From: an uncultured Chloroflexia bacterium
GTDB taxonomy: Bacteria; Chloroflexota; UBA6077; JACCZL01
NCBI GenBank assembly: GCA_963765765.1
Contig: CAVXYC010000019.1
Coordinates: 32,001 to 96,000 of the forward strand
Length of the DNA: 64,000 bases
Direction: 5' to 3'
Shown here: in pieces, positions 63,401 through 64,000 of the stretch
Layout: the number at the start of each line of letters is the position of its first letter
Position numbering within the stretch: the first letter of the stretch is position 1
Made by a program: the position numbers and the translations under genes
The notes under the pieces: generated by a model
Told to the model about the DNA's origin: nothing
The model's input: the letters and a program-made list of their open reading frames with translations, nothing else
The model's database searches: none

Positions 63401-63488
63401 TCTCGTGGTGGTGTCGGCGATCGTCCTTTGCACGCGACGTTCCCGCGAGAGATCACCCGTAGCACAGGTCCGTCCAGTCGCCGCCTAG
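60423..63488 (+). CDS. YfhO-family GT-C membrane protein (true start possibly TTG at 60540)
   Basis: DTLQFYYP, PLWLPHIFGGYPLFADGE, LSRT-type SAVQMLP, TLYVGILP, LRAPARF, FDAGWRAWVDG, RAVPVSAGEHTVEMRYEP. Confidence 0.88.
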   Translation: MLGSCKDSVEQRLASAVPSSGGVVLVPARNARRDDATDGLDVRNQRLSTAQTHAVAVLGLLLCPLLVFAPGLLSGQIFYGKDTLQFYYPLTEWFVGQLKSGGVPLWLPHIFGGYPLFADGEIGMAHPLVLLVSALFSAEAAFTLLRYVHYALASVLAYWFATVLGLRPLGATVTGLVFALSSFLIGHMQHDNILRSAIWLPALLACVELALRSTGWIRVRNALLAGLVVGIQLLGVHIQPVLIGLLAAACWILVGPLGLDARADVATVQDPTPKLLSVGRFLIARVSRLWIWAFMVLAGLLVSAVQMLPLAFLSSRTMRGAGVNYFVSTSYAISPPELLTLLFPYFFRSGPEQHWSLWPPQETTLYVGILPLALAMIALMFVRRRLVVWLTLGALLHLWLALGDYVTPNPYYLLWNLPGFSVLRAPARFSLVIILAVGCLAGLGADWLNQRTQRGASRREAFVLRAMAMSWLALLAMAIGVFTAVRVALENMPRETMASIDLSYLAMRRELPQLGAPNVAAGLAASVDWNTSATRLGLIWISLTALVLVLWSIGKRCRIVGRALMTVAIAADLLTFAGAFYPQAPGRDLHVSSPAVEELVSRSGPHHVLIDPGLYHLLGANHLVHYGVSVAGGYSSLEPSRFIDYWWSLVRDENVLLDLFNVRYMVVPRQQSGALMFNDTRFHPAERLVNGGSSNPAGAETFRGSSTRADSMTVISAVDGMDGAEIGESMAEIGIISPDGEERRFGLRYGLELTGYRRGAPNPTNALWAYYGPAFAPNGRSFSAQLSGAVLSINPPMMIDRVEVRYLAPSGVLLLHGLGLRDAETFTTRSLSSADRTKYTPVYKDEDVVILENRAALPKVYFRDGAVTVPVDSPSAQDLMAVPRNLQREVVLDSDDAQSIRMASSDAHGDAQLLEYGASTVRATIRSDADGFMVVGDRFDAGWRAWVDGREAPVVRANAVMRAVPVSAGEHTVEMRYEPWWVTLGLGVSLLSLLVVVSAIVLCTRRSRERSPVAQVRPVAA

Positions 63489-63560
63489 ATCTGCAATGAG
63501 TCGGCGGAGATTCGTTGCGTCCAGCGCGGAGATGTCGCTTCTGACCACGAGCGCCGGCTG

Positions 63561-64000
63561 TTGAGCCGGCGCCCCTTTCTCGAAGGAATCCGCGCCATGG
63601 CGCTCATCGCGGCCGGTATCGCGGTGTACGGCGTGGTGTTCGGCAGCCTGGCACAGCAGACAGGATTGGGCCTTGCACAGGCGGTCAGTATGTCGCTCAT
63701 TGTTTACTCGGGCGCGGCGCAATTCGTGGTATTGCCCATGTTCCATAGCGGCGTAGGGCTGCCAGCGATCGTCCTGACCGTTGGCGCAATGAGTCTACGC
63801 CACGTGGTGATGGGGCTCTCGCTGGCCACGTATCTGCCCCATGTTCCGATTATTCAGCGCTTGTTTTTGGCCTATGCCGTCAACGACGAGACGTTTGCCG
63901 TGATCTCATCGCGCGCTCGACGACAGGTCACGCCACCAGCGTTCATGGCCGGGGCCGCGTTCATCACCATCATCGCCTGGACGGGCAGCACGTGGCTGGG
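63561..64000 (+). CDS. azlC: AzlC-family amino-acid exporter permease, 3'-truncated by the window
   Basis: GIAVYGVVFGSLA, MSLIVYSGAAQF, LRH, VNDETFA. Confidence 0.85.
   Translation, partial: MSRRPFLEGIRAMALIAAGIAVYGVVFGSLAQQTGLGLAQAVSMSLIVYSGAAQFVVLPMFHSGVGLPAIVLTVGAMSLRHVVMGLSLATYLPHVPIIQRLFLAYAVNDETFAVISSRARRQVTPPAFMAGAAFITIIAWTGSTWL

Overview
GC-rich bacterial chromosomal window. A Chloroflexota-like soil or sediment organism is inferred from gene content only (Ala/Pro-linker lipoprotein SBPs, STAND ATPases, GT-C/YfhO/LCP envelope genes). About 48 genes or gene remnants are recognisable: ABC, TTT and TRAP uptake components, three amidohydrolase-2 enzymes, LLM, cupin, PrpD, GGT, class II RNR with tandem NrdR boxes, plsX, aroE, nth, polX, a split FTCD, a DEDD-like/GIY-YIG fusion, two toxin-antitoxin loci and envelope glycosylation genes. 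Many genes carry small frameshifting indels, densest at 15-23.8 kb, most simply explained as long-read consensus errors. No rRNA, tRNA, CRISPR array or transposase was found. The main unexplained signal is a ~770-nt intergenic region (59.65-60.42 kb) with no credible ORF, upstream of a YfhO-like gene. It is packed with nested helices whose G-U pairs favour the + strand and ends in two collinear motif modules, making it a candidate large structured ncRNA or tandem cis-regulatory RNA. Several distinct families of short palindromic or heptamer intergenic elements and a perfect 17x9-bp coding VNTR are also present. All helices and motifs were found by eye; no folding or database search was run.
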